DNA of 63,946 nucleotides, counting the filler, from Folioceros fuciformis (Eukaryota), in NCBI GenBank assembly GCA_049999805.1. It is 8 parts of 8 records of this genome, joined end to end, with 100 filler letters (N's around TTAATTAATTAA, not from the genome) between each part and the next. Parts side by side here need not be neighbours in the genome. Positions count along the whole stretch, not along the records: positions 62,465 to 63,946 come from JBNGIO010003409.1; 7 more parts are not named here. One strand, 5' to 3'. The first letter of the stretch is position 1. The number at the start of each line of letters is the position of its first letter. The position numbers and the translations under genes are program-made. The notes under the pieces are model-generated. The model saw nothing but the letters and a program-made list of their open reading frames with translations, ran no database searches and was not told the origin of the DNA. This document shows, piece after piece, positions 63,062 through 63,946 of this stretch.

Positions 63062-63187
63062 CATGGCAGCCAGTGGCCGTAATTAGCATACAGCTTGCCA
63101 TCTGCGGTTAGTGGGCTGAAACTGACTCGCTACCGCAGGCGGAGGGCCCGATGCTAATTACGGCGATGATGGATGGTGTGTGCCATG
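63062..63187 (+). other. Long imperfect hairpin / inverted repeat
   Basis: Perfect 14-bp arms at 63076-63089 and 63151-63164. Pairing continues inward with G-U pairs to a loop of about 10 nt, and an outer catggca/tgccatg also pairs. Confidence 0.75.
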
Positions 63188-63415
63188 CCAAGACGCGACG
63201 CCCTGGGGTTATCCGCTCAAGGGCATCAGTCCAGCAGCTTGGAGGGTGGTCCGCTAAGGACATAAGTGACACTTGGCTTTCCATCCATGAGTAGCAACCC
63301 TGGTTGCTTGTAGGCTGAAGGCCTAGCCTAGGTGTGCTACTTGTGGAGGGAAGCCCAGTGGTGGTTATGTTGACAAGATGGCGGATTCCTTATTCAGGAG
63401 CACTTGGTGGGCAGG

Positions 63416-63553
63416 TTGCAAGGCCAGGAGTCTTGGCCAGTCGTGGCCAGTAGGATGGAGGGAAGGACCTGAAGATGGGAGACCTTGCAGGGCTAGGAGT
63501 CTTGGCCAGCCGTGGCCAACAGGATGGAGGGAAGGACTTGAAGATGGGAGACA
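63416..63553. repeat. Tandem duplication, 69 bp x 2
   Basis: ttgca.ggc.aggagtcttggccag...gaagatgggagac at 63416 and 63485. Confidence 0.9.
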
Positions 63554-63710
63554 ATGGGGAAGAAGGCAGGATAATCAGAAGAGGGGAGATGATCTGACCC
63601 AGGAGGGGAGAAGGATGTTGAGAGGCATCCTTGATTTTTGCTAGATGTGAGGGGCTGATAATTGTGGGCAGCTAACGGTGTCAAGGGGCAATGGGCAATT
63701 AGAAGCAGGG

Positions 63711-63946
63711 GTAGGTTAGAGTTAGGATTCTAGGTTAGGTTAGGTCTAGGTTAAGTTTAGGTCAGACCTAGGTCAGGTTAGGTTTAGGTTAGGTCTAGGT
63801 TAGGTTTAAGTCAAACCTAGGTTAGGTTAGGTCTGGGTTAGACTTAGGTTAGGTGTAGGTTAGATTTGGGTTAGGTTTAGTTCAGATCCAGGTTAGGTCA
63901 GACCTAGATTAGGTTAGGTTAGGTCATACCTAGGTCAGGTTTAGGT
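63711..63946 (+). repeat. Degenerate (TTAGG)n-like array running off the window end
   Basis: Mixed TTAGG, TTTAGG, TCTAGG, TCAGG and CCTAGG units. Confidence 0.9.

Overview
This is nuclear DNA from a gene-dense eukaryote with short introns, most likely a seed-free land plant. A hornwort or lycophyte is inferred from the PPR and F-box style, but not proven. The window is not one contiguous locus: seven 100-nt N(44)-TTAATTAATTAA-N(44) spacers join eight scaffolds, and other N-gaps of unknown true length lie inside scaffolds. Recognisable genes are QCR9, a LEA_2/NHL protein, a triple-CCCH zinc finger, an Integrator subunit 2 (INTS2) homologue, TMEM33/Pom33, a bacterial-type class IV deacetylase, a class I/II aminotransferase, three F-box genes, a PLS-E+ PPR protein, a DUF662/GORAB coiled-coil protein, the last exon of a KRP/ICK, a COPT copper transporter, an LPR1-type multicopper oxidase and a group IX ERF. 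There is also a subtilase pseudogene, an ABCC pseudogene fragment, Harbinger and Copia remnants, and several tandem repeats. The best leads are (1) a hand-built 8-exon gene missed by the ORF track whose layout and C-terminal motif resemble animal RAD51AP1, (2) the INTS2 homologue, (3) a possibly organelle-targeted class IV deacylase, (4) a COPT-LPR1 pair, (5) a fold-back LTR/PBS palindrome, and (6) a (TTAGG)-like array beside a long hairpin. No multi-gene novel system can be demonstrated from the sequence alone. Family assignments come from remembered motifs, not from database searches.
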